Made by a program: the position numbers and the translations under genes
In this document: positions 23,901-24,000 of the stretch, piece by piece
Position numbering within the stretch: position 1 is the first letter of the stretch
Layout: the number at the start of each line of letters is the position of its first letter
From: Klebsiella phage vB_Ko_K41P2
Sequence record: OY979424.1
Reading direction: 5' to 3' (one strand)
DNA length: 24,000 nt
The notes under the pieces: generated by a model
Database searches by the model: none
The model's input: only the letters and a program-made list of their open reading frames with translations
Told to the model about the DNA's origin: nothing

Positions 23901-24000
23901 GGTTAATCTTAAATCACCCGGAAGAGTAGTATTACCAGAGCCGTCAAGTAAGACTAATTTTCTGGCTTCTACGTTACCTGCACCGCGTTGTACAAACTGG
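20694..24000 (-). CDS. 37: distal long tail fibre protein, gp37-like, 5' partial (frame stays open to the right edge)
   Basis: Upstream of the listed Met (23852) the frame continues QFVQRGAGNVEARKLVLLDGSGNTTLPGDLRLTTNKAVKISNGSTLTLEM. Repeated fibre motifs; C-terminal S74 domain. Confidence 0.92.
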   Translation of the reverse strand, partial: QFVQRGAGNVEARKLVLLDGSGNTTLPGDLRLTTNKAVKISNGSTLTLEMGVGANDAYIKNLRGSGVLQLTNDGNLTFRNSQVYYATDGRGPGKGGTLLTNVENARQLEQDNFPVTTGTETSWIKVALLKDPGSSQSRLQLMVTNGGNYGNTHSSIDFIDCSARSIPATLTSANISSYLQIRRIGDPGIDNTNQMRYSLVRTSEGLELWFTQRAFIGGVKVALLSIAGYTEYYLPNGYTTSATAPEGLVESVAIRIYDEMNKPNLDNGTDGILSIAKGGTGASTADAARTNLGAVARAGDTMTGNLTINANLKVENPNGTMVDLGSENSDKYSRLTLARKVGSGATVAMLKVTPEGHVQFGYQDAVATPAPSKYILVKSSGLEVEGDLVFNQTYRGTEEAVDITDKTVDLNGLVIKGTDPGTRQMYKCFSSGGGSNIANKPTSDGNFVLEVLSLRKISDTDWTCKQTFTTKNGGVEGTYVRYGQNGSWSAWKEVVAGVQPINLGGTGATSVAAARNNLGVGEWQSVAFGVLNVNGVSNADPTITFKNGAMVREAQGGSLGALILSASASATDSAKYIAFRPFGDSSGTEIRVKANVYNEPSLEWSYGAGVRSSAVGAFVIYAKTGQALHLRPNGDNSNQATVINQNGKMTVGGEFEAQNSKITGNLSVSEDNRMIVLGKNTDIGLVKKSGMSGKMAISKSNSFTIMVSTNTNNQINPADTFNDIFKVDADGNQTVYGNAQINRQLTVSSAATVNGVINANGGIIVPTTKYVQIADAPTQNNQATNKKYVDDKVASAISNAGDTYLPLAGGTVTGRLTITGDQLKTTSLWVTGDAAVNGVLTVDGRARFNQEFIVSTSVNVQNTGNSHLVFRKADGTEKGLIWADEPGSVSIRAGGVSGPTWNFWNSGSCQFPGAISNFNGVNSTTNYPGGGSGAYLNTAGLTSRFSNGAYVSLYFQEYVGNYHQAILNVNGYGRDDNFYFRAGGDFFCTRNGSFDNVEIRSDRRAKSDIKVIENALEKVETLSGNTYELHNTSGGTTRSAGLIAQEVQEILPEAVTQDNEEDGGMLRLNYNSVIALLVESVKELSAEVKNLKAEIEELKSK
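22444..22499 (-). repeat. tail-fibre repeat motif copy 1
   Basis: Encodes INLGGTGATSVAAARNNLG. Confidence 0.75.
23121..23178 (-). repeat. tail-fibre repeat motif copy 2
   Basis: Encodes IAKGGTGASTADAARTNLG, paralogous to the copy at 22444-22499. Confidence 0.75.

Noticed and set aside
1-24000. CRISPR array, tRNA genes, insertion sequences or integrase
   Set aside because: No regularly spaced direct repeats, no tRNA-like cloverleaf noticed, and no transposase/integrase motifs in any listed ORF. A tRNAscan-SE run would be needed to exclude tRNAs formally.

Overview
This window is part of a T4-like (Tevenvirinae-type) myovirus genome. It contains a mostly plus-strand early/middle block and a minus-strand late tail-fibre/lysis block. 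Recognisable T4 homologues, judged by recalled family sequence and motifs, are: dCTPase/dUTPase gp56 (5' end outside the window), Dda helicase, DexA exonuclease, topoisomerase II large subunit (gp39+gp60 as one ORF) and medium subunit (gp52), rIIA, rIIB, holin t, a T2/T6-type gp38 adhesin, and a gp37-like distal long tail fibre with a C-terminal S74 chaperone domain (running off the right edge). An HNH homing-type endonuclease sits antisense against the 3' end of gene 56. Many short ORFs of unknown function lie between these genes. The most interesting signals are: (1) a repeated promoter module with a conserved initial transcribed sequence ATCGAAAC exactly 7 nt after the -10 box at four sites; (2) -35 boxes embedded inside rho-independent terminator hairpins of the preceding gene; (3) two adjacent small ORFs at the early/late boundary resembling DUF2829/Tad2-type (anti-Thoeris) proteins; (4) a gp38 with a conserved attachment N-terminus but an apparently non-polyglycine receptor-binding part; (5) an HNH endonuclease at gene 56, the neighbourhood targeted by T4 SegF; (6) several short or mis-started ORFs that the supplied track misses. 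No tRNA, CRISPR array or transposon was found.
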